A stretch of 63,596 nucleotides of DNA, counting the filler, from Octopus bimaculoides (lineage: Eukaryota), in the NCBI RefSeq assembly GCF_001194135.2. It is 8 parts of 8 records of this genome, joined end to end, with 100 filler letters (N's around TTAATTAATTAA, not from the genome) between each part and the next. Parts side by side here need not be neighbours in the genome. Positions count along the whole stretch, not along the records: positions 8,072 to 16,783 come from NC_068983.1; positions 16,884 to 23,107 come from NC_068996.1; positions 23,208 to 29,731 come from NC_068991.1; 5 more parts are not named here. One strand, written 5' to 3'. Positions within the stretch are counted from its first letter, which is position 1; each line of letters starts with the position of its first letter. This document shows positions 12,080 through 23,995 of this stretch, piece by piece. The notes under the pieces are model-generated. The model had not been told where the DNA came from. It did not search any database and saw only the letters and a program-made list of their open reading frames with translations. Both the position numbers and the translations under genes were made by a program.

Positions 12080-13344
12080 TTATATGCCCATTATATATCT
12101 GTAATGATTATAGTTCTAAAAGAGGACTCAATTAACAATTATGCAGAGAGAATAGTTGTATTTTTATTGTGAGAGGCCCTACAGAGACAAGTGAAATGAT
12201 CAAGCTTTCCATAGGGCCCTTCAGTTTTATATGATATGATATAATATATGATATAACATACCATAATAAAATTTTATATTGTAGTGTGCACACATACTCA
12301 TAGATACGTATGCTGCGTCATCATAACTTTTTTTCATTAGGAAATTAGGCTTTATCTTGTATTCCTATTGGGTGTAGGATTCTCATATATTCAGACGCAT
12401 ATGGTGATTTCTGTTGCTCATCAAATTTGTATCCTATAATGCTACATTATATTTATTCTGCTTCATATTTGAATCACTATTTCTCTCTCATATTTCTTTC
12501 TCTTTTGAGCAGTTCTTTACAATATTAGATTGTAATAGCTAGTAGTCATCCTTTTGTATCCATATATATTCCACTAGAGTGACATGATATATTAGATATC
12601 TGATGAGGTACTTGCAAATGGATGTGTTATTTTGTTCCAAGACTCTTCGTATCCTTTCAGAGAGAAATTTGTAATATTACATAGTTATCGTGGATTTCTG
12701 CTCTGCTTCAATATTCCCAAGGTATACGCTTAAGGTAATATAAAGTTTGCCTCTAGACATATTTATTTGTAGGAATCCATTTTGTCTGATGGAGTAATAC
12801 AATGTGTTTATGCTTATCTTAATATATGAAAGTGTTGAAAGTTGTAATTGAAATAAAGTCCAGTTGCCATTGGCTTTTCATATAGTCACAGCAATTTAAA
12901 AAGATTTCTCCAAAATTACTTGAAGCTTAAAATGATCTATTGTATGAAATTATAACTTTCTATGATTTTCCCTCAAACCCATTATCCAGTATCGGCAAAA
13001 AGTTATACACACCTCTTCTTTTTTACAAGCATTTAGATGACAACCTACTCATATAATGTGGTTAATGTTATTTGCTACAAAACAGATACCCCGACCAAAA
13101 TTAATCTGCAAAAATAATATTTTGGTTCATCTCAAATATAATCGATTACTGATATAAAATATAAAATTACTCAGTTAATGAGAAAGCCTCTATGTGTTCA
13201 CACAAATTGCTGGAAATAACAGCATAAGCATTACCTCCTTCACACCATACTTTCTTGTAAAAAAAGGACACATTGGATTATTGATATAGTTCTTGGTGCT
13301 GTTTTAATTGATGTAAAACATTCTAGATGGACAATGACGATGAA

Positions 13345-13660
13345 ACATCATCATCATCATCATTTAATGTCCACTTTCCATGCTAGCATGGGTTGGACAA
13401 TTTGACTAAGGACTGGCAAGCCAGAAGGCTGCACCAGGCTCCAATCTGATCTGGCAGAGTTTCTACAGCTGGATGCCCTTCCTAATGCCAACCACTCCGA
13501 GAGTGTACTGGGTGCATTTACGTGCCACCGGCACAAAGGCCAGTCAGGCGGTACTGGCAACGGCCATGCTCAAAAAGGTGATTTTTACATACCACCTGCA
13601 CAGGAGTTAGTCCAGTGGCATCGGCAATGACCTCACTCGAATGATTTTCTAACGTACCAT
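13345..13660 (-). mobile_element. retroposon 3' end with (GAT)n tail (family C, RTE-type tail)
   Basis: On + reads (cat)n-ttaatgtccactttccatgctagcatgggttggac...ggatgcccttcctaatgccaacc; a second copy lies at 14972. Confidence 0.8.
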
Positions 13661-13677
13661 TTACTATATTCATTTAC

Positions 13678-13797
13678 AGAGACACTGGTTGGCCCAGGAC
13701 TTTTGTAGGAGACACTTGCCCAAGGTACCATGCTGAGGGATTGAACCCAAAAACCACATGGTTAGAATGCAAACTTCTTTCCTACACAGCTATGCCT
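13678..13797 (-). mobile_element. SINE family A head (decayed)
   Basis: Reverse complement of the tRNA-like head and CORE-like ...ccttgggcaagtgt. Confidence 0.65.
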
Positions 13798-13927
13798 TTT
13801 CTTGGAACTGGTTAGTTGCACGCTTCCTCTACTTAATCCCTACTTGCTCATGAGATGAATCCAAACATAAGTATGTATGTATATATGTATGTATATACAC
13901 ACACACACACATACATGCACACATACA

Positions 13928-14070
13928 ATGGGCCATCACCATTTCCATCAACTAAATTCACCCACAAGGGCATTGGTCAGCTAGAGTAGAATACACTTGC
14001 CTAAGGTGCCACACAATGGGATTGAACCTAAAAGCATGGTTGTGAAGTGGGCTTCTTAACAACACAGCCA
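13928..14070 (-). mobile_element. SINE family A head (decayed)
   Basis: acacttgcctaaggtgccacac...gggattgaacc...acacagcca. Confidence 0.65.
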
Positions 14071-14971
14071 CTCTCTTGGTTTAATACCCCACGCTTTGAA
14101 AAATACCTTATACTTATAAGCTGGTAACTGTTTAAGAGTTTCACTGTATTTTTGCTGATTAACAGTTATTTCGTAACTTATTTTGAATCTAAAGCTAAAG
14201 GTTTAAGCATTTTAAACTCTGTGAGAATAGTAACAGCTGTGACTGTTCGATATTCCTTTAAAAATTACACAGACAAACTAACAAAATTCAAATGATGCTG
14301 AACATTTTGTTTTCTTTCTGCTTATAACGATGTCTTTGTTAGGAATAAAAAAAATATCAGAATATAGAAAGAGTACAGGAGAAAATCTAGTAATTATGCT
14401 TTCCTTCATGAAAAAATAATGATACTGGCAAGTGTCTTCTCCTAAAGCCGCAGGTCATCCCAAACTTTGTGTGTACACTTACGTACAAATAAATTGTGAC
14501 AGCTCATTAGATGGCATATATATATATGCTTGGTTAGTAGACTTACTCTAATACCTCGGTTAATACCATTGTAAATATTTAGGTGGGGCTTTTTTCCCCT
14601 TACAAACCGAAGAGTTTCAGCAAAGGTCATTGTTATTGCCCTCTTTTGAATGAAGCCACAAAAATTCTAATTATGAATCAAACCAGAGCAAAAATTACCA
14701 AGGTAGCCTCATAAAGTAATGTGATGCATAGTTTCCAATAAACCAAACAAACTGAGACTTCAAACCTATGTTGCTTTGTAGCAATACTTAATGAAAGGAA
14801 AGGTTTGGGGGTTAAACCCTAAGGAAAAATCCGGAGTTAAAGACCCTAAGGCATCCAATGTTGTTTTCTTACATTGTTGAAGCAGTTTCTGCAGCAACAG
14901 TGATGTCAAGCTGTTCTAGTCCCTTCCCTTCCATGGGACAACAATAACTGTGTAGAGAGGGATTGCCTGCA

Positions 14972-15170
14972 ATCATCATCATCATCATCATTATCGTTTA
15001 ACGTCCGCTTTCCATGCTAGCATGGTTTGGACGATTTGACTGAGGACTGGTGAAACCAGATGGCTGCACCAGGCTCCAATCTGATTTGGCAGAGTTTCTA
15101 CAGCTGGATGCCCTTCCTAACGCCAACCACTCCGAGAGTGTAGTGGGTGCTTTTATGTGCCGGTGGCACA
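14972..15170 (-). mobile_element. retroposon 3' end with (GAT)n tail (family C)
   Basis: High similarity to 13345-13530. Confidence 0.8.
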
Positions 15171-15429
15171 TAAAAGTGGATGATATTTCACCATCAGTGA
15201 ATGATATTTCACCATCACATCATCAGGTGCCATCACACTAATGAGTACTTAATTTCATGTTAAATTTCATGTTACCACCAAAGAAGAGACCAAATAAACA
15301 AACAAGCTTCTAATCTTATATCGTAAATGACCACTGATAGGAAAAAAATCACTTAAACTAAGCATTCTTCTGTCACATTGATTAATATCTTAATTACATA
15401 TTAATAAACTTGTTTCAAGTATTGATTAG

Positions 15430-15960
15430 GAGGATCTTAATATATAATATTCTCCAACCAACACATTTCATATTTTGCAAGATTGCTTTTAATACTAATC
15501 TTTTTAACAAGGCTGTTCAGCCAGATAAATTTTCCTATTTCATATTCGTATTTGCAATGGCTTGGTAGCATTCTATGATATTATAAAACTGTATTCATCA
15601 GGGTTATATTCTTTCCCTATAGTTTGCGGTACCATATAATTGCATTAACGCCACATATGAAAGTTCCCATAGTTACTCAATTTAAAGTAGTATTCCTCAG
15701 AGATAAATCACCAGCTTCAAATTAACTTTTCCTCGTATCCCTAGGGGAATCATTTTGGCTTCACAATAGTGCAAGCCTTCTGAATTGCCATTTTCCAAAA
15801 TAATGCTTTGCATAGAAACAGTTGAATTTTGTCCTTCATCTTAAATCAAAAGAATTCACAATAAAGATGATAAGATTTTCCCGTTTTGTTGCAGCTATGG
15901 AGGATCTTCCGGAAGCAATTTTTGTTTTTATTGATTACAGCTTCTCTCTTAACAATATGG
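15430..15960 (-). pseudogene. very decayed CR1-like RT relic
   Basis: Minus translation QKACTIVKPK*FP*GYEEKLI*SW*F...NYGNFHMWR*CNYMVPQTIG loosely follows KAFD.VPH...GI.GKLL.WI..F...NG..S.W....GVPQGS; many stops. Confidence 0.35.
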
Positions 15961-16252
15961 ATAAATCAATATTTCTAATAGCACTAATCTTAAAACCCCA
16001 ATTCCACTTTCTGAAACTTCAATAATCGATAAACAAGCAAAATAAATAAATGAATAAATAAATAAATAAATAAATGAATAAATAAATATAAATGTCAGTG
16101 TACACTTTCTCTTCGAAACAATTCGCTACTCACTTCTTGCAACGGCATAACGTTTATAAATAGAGTGAAGTGAAATGGTCAATTGGCAGGTATTTATTGC
16201 TACAACATCATCATTGTTATATAATGAGTGACACACCTAACTGATACATACA

Positions 16253-16338
<86 letters not shown>

Positions 16339-16431
16339 NNNNNNNNNNCATAGATAGATAGATAAAACTTACTTGGAAGAGGATGTGTAGGGATCATATA
16401 TATAAACATATATATATATATAAACATATAT

Positions 16432-16540
16432 GTTGGTGGCATGCTGGCAGAATCGTTAGCACGCTGGATGAAAAGCATAGCGGTGTTTCGCACGTCGCTC
16501 CGTTCTGAGTTCAAATTCCACCGACGTCGAGTTTACCTTT
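16432..16540 (+). mobile_element. SINE family B head
   Basis: ggtggcatgctggcagaatcgttagc...ttctgagttcaaattcc. Confidence 0.75.
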
Positions 16541-16541
16541 A

Positions 16542-16704
16542 GGCGCAGGAGTGGCTGTGTGGTAAGTTACTTGCATACCAACCACATGGTTCCAGGTTCA
16601 GTCCCACTGCGTGGCACCTTGGGCAAGTGCCTTCTACTATAGCCTCGGGCCAACCAAAGCCTTGTGAGTGGATTTGGTAGACGGAAACTGAAAGAAGCCC
16701 GTCG

Positions 16705-16741
<37 letters not shown>

Positions 16742-16783
16742 TTACGTGTCTGTGTTTGTCCCCCCACCATTGCTTGACAACCG
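16542..16783 (+). mobile_element. SINE family A (5' two-thirds, runs into gap)
   Basis: ggcgcaggagtggctgtgtggtaag...gttcagtcccactgcgtggcaccttgggcaagtg...ggtagacggaaactgaaagaagcccg. Confidence 0.9.
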
Positions 16784-16899
16784 NNNNNNNNNNNNNNNNN
16801 NNNNNNNNNNNNNNNNNNNNNNNNNNNTTAATTAATTAANNNNNNNNNNNNNNNNNNNNNNNNNNNNNNNNNNNNNNNNNNNNGGGGGGGGGCAGTTAG

Positions 16900-17235
16900 T
16901 ATTTTCTTCAGGTCAAGTAACCCACCCGCTCAAAAGGTCCCTGAATAGGTCTTGTTTAAGGACGTTGAGCAAAACACCCATGTTTCCAAAGGTGAATTAT
17001 TCAAACCCCAAAGAATTCCTCTCAAAACATGGCTATGATGCTCCCCCACTACTTCTGCTCATGATCAGAGATGCACATATCATCAGCCACTCAACTGGTT
17101 AAGGTCAAACAACTGACAAGCAAATCTGTGGTATTGGGCAGAGTATTTGTTGTAGCTCATCTTTCATAGCAAGACATGATAACACTTTCAGCCAGTTAAG
17201 ATCAGAAGCCATGAGAGCCAGTGCCTGATATTTCA
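16900..17235 (+). mobile_element. interspersed repeat, family D
   Basis: Its reverse complement recurs at 29866-30070 (gaattattcaaaccccaaagaa...catggctatgatgctccc...caactggttaaggtcaaacaactgacaa). Orientation is arbitrary. Confidence 0.75.
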
Positions 17236-17489
17236 TCAGGGCATGTTGTTATTAGTGTTTCGTGTTTAGCGTGTTGCACTCACGATCAGGAATGCATGAC
17301 CGGTTGGTTCGTTATGTTATTGAGCAAAAAACCTCATCTCACATTATTCTGTGATCACTTCGACACCTGACGCGTTGTACAGTGTGCACCTTTTCAAACA
17401 ACGTCGATTTGATGGAGCATATGTTGTCTTCAATGAGAGAGTCCATCATCATCATTAATATTTTTATCATTATTATTATTTCCCTTTAT

Positions 17490-17789
17490 CACAGGTTTTG
17501 TTGGAGCTCCTGGAGTGTTTGCATACGTGCCGGGCTTGCTACCTGTAGCCTACAGTACCATGCTATCCGTTCTTTTCAGCTATCTAATACTTTCCTGATT
17601 ATTCTGGCCGTGCCAAAGAGGCAAACCAACTGTAACAGTTCTACTGAACACTCTTCCAATTTCCTTTATATTCCCCTTGATGCTTTCTGATATTGTTCCC
17701 AAGGATCCAACAATAACTGGCACTATCTTCACCTTTATTTTCCATAGCCGGGCTATTTCGTACTTAAGTGGGTTGTATCTATCTATCTA

Positions 17790-17824
<35 letters not shown>

Positions 17825-18790
17825 GTCTATCTGTCTTTTCGCTTTCCTTCTTGACTATTCATAGGTCAAAGGGGCATCAACGTCAACTATATAGCATATG
17901 TGGCGCACCTTGTCCACCACCACTAGGTCCGGTCTGTTATGCTTGCTACTTGCAGCCTGCAGGTTGGTGGGTGCTTGATCCTGGTCTTCTCTAATATATC
18001 TGTAAGGTGTACTCACTGTTTTGTTGGCCATCATCGTATTCTTGTGATATAGCTCCTCCTATTACTCCTGCTTCATTCGCTGAGAATGCATTTACATTTA
18101 CACTTTGCTCTACGTCTTCACTGCCGCCATTCATTTCTCTATTCTCTGGGCAACGTATCTGTTGGTGAAGTATTAATATTATTTCTATTTTCTACTTTCC
18201 TTTTTATCTTTTCAATTTCTATGTCTGGTAGCCACCCTTTTACTCTTATTGCTCTTGTCTGGTCAGCTTACCGTTGCTCTCTTGTTTCGAAGAGTCCTAT
18301 CACATTCCATTTTGCTTTCCTTCTTTGTTTGAATCCCCTCCTACTGGGTTCACTCCTGATCCAGCATTCAACTACCGTTCGGTTTGTCTCCTTATCCCAC
18401 CTTCTTCTCATCCTCTGGTTTCGTGTACAAGCAGTCTCTGGATGACGACCGGGCCTGCGCTGCTCTACCACAGGACACTGACAGGTTGTCATCACTGTGA
18501 CTAAGGAGTCCTATCCATCCCAGTTTTAAATCAAAGTGGTCCTTCACCGAGACAGACTACCAACCAAGGCTCACGAGTTCTATCTACTCGTTTTCGGAAT
18601 GGTCATTGACACTTCTGAATTCTTCTGTCCTTAGTTGGGTTTTGTTTTTAATCTCGCATGGTGTCAAAAATCCACCCTCCTCACCAAGCAAGCTTAGTGG
18701 GGTTGCCGGTTTAGTCGCCGACGACTCGGCGGTTTCCCTGCACCACTTGTTAATCATTCTGGGTTATCATTTACTTGTTCACTTTTATAA
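17490..18790 (-). mobile_element. Dong/R4-like non-LTR retrotransposon, internally deleted (N-terminal region joined to restriction-like endonuclease, no RT)
   Basis: Minus strand reads N-terminal ...[51 protein letters not shown], then KHNRPDLVVVDKVRHICYIVDV (PD..D RLE motif), then LKYEIARLWKIKVKIVPVIVGSLGTI...GTARIIRKVLDS*. Both flanks are TAA-rich. Confidence 0.8.
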
Positions 18791-19074
18791 TTCTACTATT
18801 ATTACTATAATCCCTACCGTATTATTTGTTTACTACTATAATTTCAATAATATTACTATAATTATATTATTACTATAGGGCTTTGACGTCCTAATATTGT
18901 CTCCCCTGATTTCTTTTGACAAAAATGATGACAGATTTACGGCTGCTGGTTTAGCTGCTGATATTTCATAGTTCGAAATAATAGAAAAAGCTTGCACATT
19001 TTTTTGGGAGTGGGGCATTAAATAACCATTCTATCAACTTGACTACTTACAGCAGTACTTACTGAAGACCGAGT

Positions 19075-19075
<1 letters not shown>

Positions 19076-19131
<56 letters not shown>
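19076..19131. repeat. (GA)n microsatellite
   Basis: Direct inspection. Confidence 0.95.
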
Positions 19132-19134
<3 letters not shown>

Positions 19135-19206
19135 GAGCGAAGAGGAAGCAGGTAAGCTCGCCGAAATTCCAGGGTGGGGACAAATTTATGTACAAAAATC
19201 TAGGTT

Positions 19207-19394
19207 TTCCTGTGACGGTTCAGCGTCATATCCAGGGAGGAATGTTATCCGCTAGAAAGACCGGGAAACCAACTAAAAATGTAGGTTTTGAGAGGATCGT
19301 CGACAAGCAAACATACAAACAACTCTCTTAAAAACATCTCAAATTTTTGAATCACACAGTGATAGTATTAGTGGTAGTAGTAGTAGTGGTGGTG

Positions 19395-19447
<53 letters not shown>

Positions 19448-20205
19448 TTGCAATAAGTATTGGATTTATTCTTTGAGATGAAAGAAACTTCACGAACCAT
19501 CTCCCTATTTTGTAAATACATGACGTTACAAAAAAAAAAAGAAGCTCATTTTATCACGTATAAAATCAGGCTTTGAAGTTATATATGTCTCAGTTTTAAT
19601 ATAATTTTTTAAATTATAAGAACAGCTGTATAGAGCCAAGCATTCATTGTTTGTTCTGTTGTTTTCCATTATGGAAAGATCATCTTTTTCCTCCAAGTTT
19701 ATTTTCGTATTTATTTCTTCTATGGGTTGTTATGAAAGGAGGAGTTGTGCTTGAGTTTTTCACAGGCCTACCAAGACCACTGATATCAACACAGATAATG
19801 TTCTTCTGCAACAGCTGTAGAAAAAACAAGTTGCCTGATGGCTGTACGAGAAACATAGAGAGGGAAAGAATTCTGGAGGAGAAGACGACCTGAGAAGAAA
19901 GATTAAGCGGATTAGTTCGAGCATAGAGTGGCGCATACCATTCTGCGTGGAGACGTAACGATGGATAAAGCTCACTTTGGTAGCAGTAGAAAATGAAGTG
20001 AGGAGACAGTAAATATGTTGCCTCGAGTGAGCCACTCCATGCAAATCAGTTGTGTTGTTATAACCATAAGTTCCTCAGCAAACTTGTCGCATATGTTGGA
20101 GCACGGTCACATTTTCATTATTCTGTAAGGAGCATAGGGGTGGTTTCCCGGTTTTCCTAGCGGATAACATTCCTCCCTGGATATGACGCTGAACCGTCAC
20201 AGGAA
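19207..20205. repeat. pair of 65-bp inverted repeats (19207-19271 / 20141-20205)
   Basis: 49 bp identical, then 2 mismatches, then 12 bp identical; ~870-bp spacer. The sequence is a SINE 3' fragment related to 3127-3235. Confidence 0.9.
19368..19447. repeat. (GTA)n/(GTG)n microsatellite
   Basis: Direct inspection. Confidence 0.9.
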
Positions 20206-20269
20206 TGCTCATTTTTACTAGCTGAGTGAACTGAAACAATATGAAATATGTTTTGCACAAGAATGCAAT

Positions 20270-20345
20270 GCATCACCCGGTCCAGGAATCGAAACCACAA
20301 TTTTTCGATTATGAGTCCAACACGCTAACCACTAAGCCATGTGCA
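20270..20345 (-). mobile_element. tRNA-like SINE head
   Basis: Reverse complement tggcttagtggttagcgtgttggactcataatcg...gtggtttcgattcctggaccggg carries A and B boxes and resembles the head at 62085. Confidence 0.7.
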
Positions 20346-20701
20346 TCCATCTTTGTAAATACTTTGTAGTAATTGATTGAAGAGAAAAGTCAGATCTGTG
20401 ATCACCTGGTGTAATTTTTAGTAAAAATGGGGCCTGACACTCACTCTTATATTTAGGGGTCAAATTGAGTTTTGTTTACTCACTCGGTCCTTTCAAATAT
20501 GCTTTCCTTCCTTATTTCATTCATCATGAACCCCATCCAATTGTTCAGTCGAAACAATAAACTGATGTATGTGTATATGTGTGTCTGAGTATGTGTGCGT
20601 GTGTTTGTGTGTATGTATATGCGTGCGGTCCAACCTACAGTCGTCATTCAGAACCCAGGATGACTTCGTAATGTATATTTTGCTTTTGCTGATTATTTTA
20701 G

Positions 20702-20771
20702 GACCATATGCCGATGGAACATTCAGGGTGAGACACTTGGAAGGAGAAACGACTGCAACAACACCCGGCAC
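20702..20771 (+). CDS. candidate internal exon of the + strand host gene (GPYADGTFRVRHLEGETTATTP...)
   Basis: Acceptor ttttgcttttgctgattattttag at 20701; open phase-1 frame. The donor is ambiguous: GT after 20727 or 20771, or GC after 20767. Confidence 0.45.
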
Positions 20772-21024
20772 GTACGCGCTTTCTTTATCGATCTTGAAGT
20801 GACGTCATAAAGCATTTTATGGGATGTTCCCGTGATTCTGTCAATCACTCACCTTATACGCACATACATTAATACATACATATCTGTATGTGTTTGTGTA
20901 TGTATGTGTGTGTATGTGTGTATGTATGAATGTATGCATGTATGCATGTATGTATATGTATGTATGTATGTGCACGTGTGTATGCTTGCATGTATGTATT
21001 ATGTATGCATGTTTGATGCATATG

Positions 21025-21160
21025 TATTCTTTTACTTGTTTCAGCCATTTGGTTGCAGTCATGCTGGAGCACTGCCTTTAGTCGAACAAATCGACCCAAG
21101 GATTTATTCTTCGTAAGCCTAATACTTATTCTATCGGTCTCTTTTGCCGGACCACTAAGT
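21025..21160 (-). mobile_element. SINE family A 3' fragment
   Basis: cttttacttgtttcagccatttggttgcagtcatgctggagcac...tattctatcggtctcttttgcc. Confidence 0.8.
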
Positions 21161-21821
21161 ATGTTTGTATGCATGTATATATGCGTTTGAGTGTGTGGGG
21201 GCGGGGTATGTGGTGCACATAACACAGTAACCAAAATGGTAAGAGACTGAAGGATATTGGAATTGAGACTTGCATTATATTGGAATTGAGACTTGCATTA
21301 ACGACCTTCAGAAAAGTACCATACTTGTATTCTGCAAGAATCCTAAGGATCTTGAGAAGTGAGGAGAAATTTTGTTACCAAACTACAATCAACATTCCAG
21401 CTAACTAATTCCAGCTTGTAATACTTTTAATAATGGAAATAAATAGTATCTCTCAACCATACTCAAGATAACCCTTTTTTACTTTTTCTTTTCTTCGTTT
21501 CAAACATTTTATCTTCGTACTCATTAAGCTTGAAATGAGCTCGTTTGAGCATTAATTATAGTTTAAATGAATTATGGCTAAAACTAAAGGACACTATAAG
21601 GTAAAATCATATTATACATACATATATATACATAAATGTGTGTGTATGTATATATTTTATGTGCGCATGTACGTCCATACATATACACATGAAAATATAT
21701 ACGTATAAACGTACATATCTTTCAGGACACAAGCTTGTGGTCCTCCGCAGGACTGTTAGCACGATACCATTATCAGCGGAAAGCAAAGAGGAAATCTTTA
21801 GAAAAATTTGTTTTTAAATGT

Positions 21822-22261
21822 AGGCGTAGGAGTAGCTGTGTGGTAAGAAGCTTGCGGCGAGCTGGCAGAAACGTTAGCACGCCGGGCGAAATGCTTAGCA
21901 GTATTTCGTCAGCCGTTACGTTATGAGTTCAAATTCCGCTGAGGTCGACTTTCCCTTTCATCCTTTCAGGGTCGATAAATTAAGTACCAGTTATGCACTG
22001 GGGTCAATGGAATCGATTTAATCCCTTTGTCTGTCCTTGTTTGTCCCCTCTATGTTTAGCCCCTTGTGGGCAATAAAATTTTTTTTTTTTAAAAGAAGCT
22101 TGCTTCCCAACCACATGGTTCCGGTTTCAGTCCTACTGCATGGCACCTTGGGTGAGTGTCTTCTACTATAGCCTCGGGCCGACCAAAGCCTTGTAAGTGG
22201 ATTTGGTAGACGGAAACTGAAAGAAGCCCGTGGGAGATGGAAACTGAAAGAAGCCCGTCGT
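21822..22261 (+). mobile_element. SINE family A interrupted by a nested family-B SINE
   Basis: The A head (21822-21855) resumes at 22093; 11-bp duplication aagaagcttgc at 21845-21855 and 22093-22103. Confidence 0.9.
21856..22092 (+). mobile_element. SINE family B (tail B1), full length, nested
   Basis: Complete head, B-box and B1 tail, flanked by the 11-bp TSD. Confidence 0.92.
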
Positions 22262-22356
22262 NNNNNNNNNNNNNNNNNNNNNNNNNNNNNNNNNNNNNNN
22301 NNNNNNNNNNNNNNNNNNNNNNNNNNNNNNNNNNNNNNNNNNNNNNNNNNNNNNNN

Positions 22357-22508
22357 NGTATGTATGTTTCTGTCTACCAAATCCGCTCACAAGGCATTGG
22401 TCGGCCCGAGGTTATAGTAGAAAATACTTGATCAAGATTCCACGCAGTGGGACTGAACCCGGAACCATGTGGTTGGGAAGCAAGTTCCTTAACACACAGC
22501 CACGCCTG
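22357..22508 (-). mobile_element. SINE family A 5' half (inverted relative to 22093-22261)
   Basis: Reverse complement of the A head and body. Confidence 0.85.
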
Positions 22509-22748
22509 AGCCTAGCTGTGTGGTAAGAACATTGCTTCCGAGTCACATGGTTGCGGGTTCAGTCCCACAGCGTGGCATCTTATGTGTGTGTGTGTGTATT
22601 ACGGAGTAGAAGCGCTAAACCGTAATGAGTATAAATACAGGCTAGTTACCATTACGAAATGTAATATGTGAGCATGTTCGAACTCATACTAAAATCATTC
22701 ACTTATTTTGTCGTGGAGAAAATTTCTCACTTCAATCAAATGGATATA

Positions 22749-23047
22749 AGCCTCGTGAGTGAATTTGGTAGACGGAAACTGAAAGAAGCCCGTTGTATAT
22801 ATATGTGCATATATATATGTGTATGCGTGTGTATATGTTTGTGTGCTTGTGTTTTTCCCCCAACATCGCTTGACAACCGATGCTGGTGTGTTTACATCCC
22901 CGTAACTTAGCGGTTCGGCCAAAGAGACCGATAGAATAAGTACTAGGCTTACAAAAAATAAGTACTGGGCTCGATTTGCTCAAGTCCAAAGGCGGTGCTC
23001 CAGCATGGCCGCAGTCAAATGACTGAAACAAGTAAAAGAGCAAAAGA
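22749..23047 (+). mobile_element. SINE family A (3' two-thirds)
   Basis: ggtagacggaaactgaaagaagcccg...gactgaaacaagtaaaagag. Confidence 0.9.
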
Positions 23048-23052
23048 ATACA

Positions 23053-23084
<32 letters not shown>

Positions 23085-23402
23085 CATATATATATATATA
23101 TATATATNNNNNNNNNNNNNNNNNNNNNNNNNNNNNNNNNNNNNNNNNNNNTTAATTAATTAANNNNNNNNNNNNNNNNNNNNNNNNNNNNNNNNNNNNN
23201 NNNNNNNAAACACGTCTGTATATTCTGCTCTACCGTAACAGAAGCAATGATTAGTTGTTAGGGACGAATATGTTTATAGTCATAATGCACAATATTGTAG
23301 TGTTACATGGCTACATTTTCTTTCTAACCGAAACAGCTGTAACCTAATGATAGAGTTAGCATAGCTCTTGTTCTTTAACCATCATTTCATTCACTAACAT
23401 AA

Positions 23403-23467
<65 letters not shown>

Positions 23468-23574
23468 CACACGTGTGTGTGTGTGTGTGCATACGTGTGT
23501 TAAGGTTAAAACTCACAGAAATTGCTCCATCTTCACAAATCGTTGCCGTCTGCTTCTGCTTCCTCTTTGTTTAG

Positions 23575-23639
23575 ACATTTATGACTTTCCATCCAATAAA
23601 GAACCTGCCCTCTACACATCCGCATGGTTCGAGGCACAG
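23575..23639 (+). CDS. candidate exon (DIYDFPSNKEPALYTSAWFEAQ)
   Basis: Strong acceptor ctgcttctgcttcctctttgtttag and donor CAG|GTGAGA; 65 nt, phase 1 to 0. It may instead be the N-terminus of the adjacent LINE endonuclease relic. Confidence 0.35.
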
Positions 23640-23654
23640 GTGAGAGCTGAAAGT

Positions 23655-23995
23655 TGTAACTTACTGTGCACTTGGAACTCGTTAGGCATGCACAAGCTGC
23701 CACTATTCCATCACCACAGAACTTGCGGCATATAGACTGACTAATGAGGTTACCATAAAGAGGCATCTTGACGTTATTGGATTTTAGTGATAGACGCTTA
23801 TGCCAGAAAAGTATGACTCTCGGAGTCGGCGTCATTAGTGGCGAACGGTCATCACGTGAAACCGCTGGTTTTGTATCAGAGTATCCCTCTCCCAAAATGA
23901 CGCTGTGACAATCGCTCGAGATCATAGCGCGCCCCGATGTCAATCAAGTTTATTTCAGCGTCTCCTCTCTGATTTTAATGTCATTACATATGCTA
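23655..23995 (+). pseudogene. possible decayed AP-endonuclease of an RTE-like LINE
   Basis: Frameshifted fragments LCTWNSLGM..KL / TTELAAYRL / HLDVIGF / SSLFQRLL..FNVITYA resemble the APE motifs TWNV..L / ELARY.LD..GLSETR / SSRLI..RL / YAPT. Confidence 0.4.

Noticed and set aside
16542-16620. tRNA-like sequences (also 20270, 21856, 62085) as tRNA genes
   Set aside because: They have A/B boxes but no complete cloverleaf, and they continue into SINE bodies.
23533-23943. 136-aa minus ORF with a Cys pattern resembling a PAN/WSC domain
   Set aside because: It has no convincing splice sites or motif spacing, and is better explained as the antisense shadow of the plus-strand exon candidate and APE relic.
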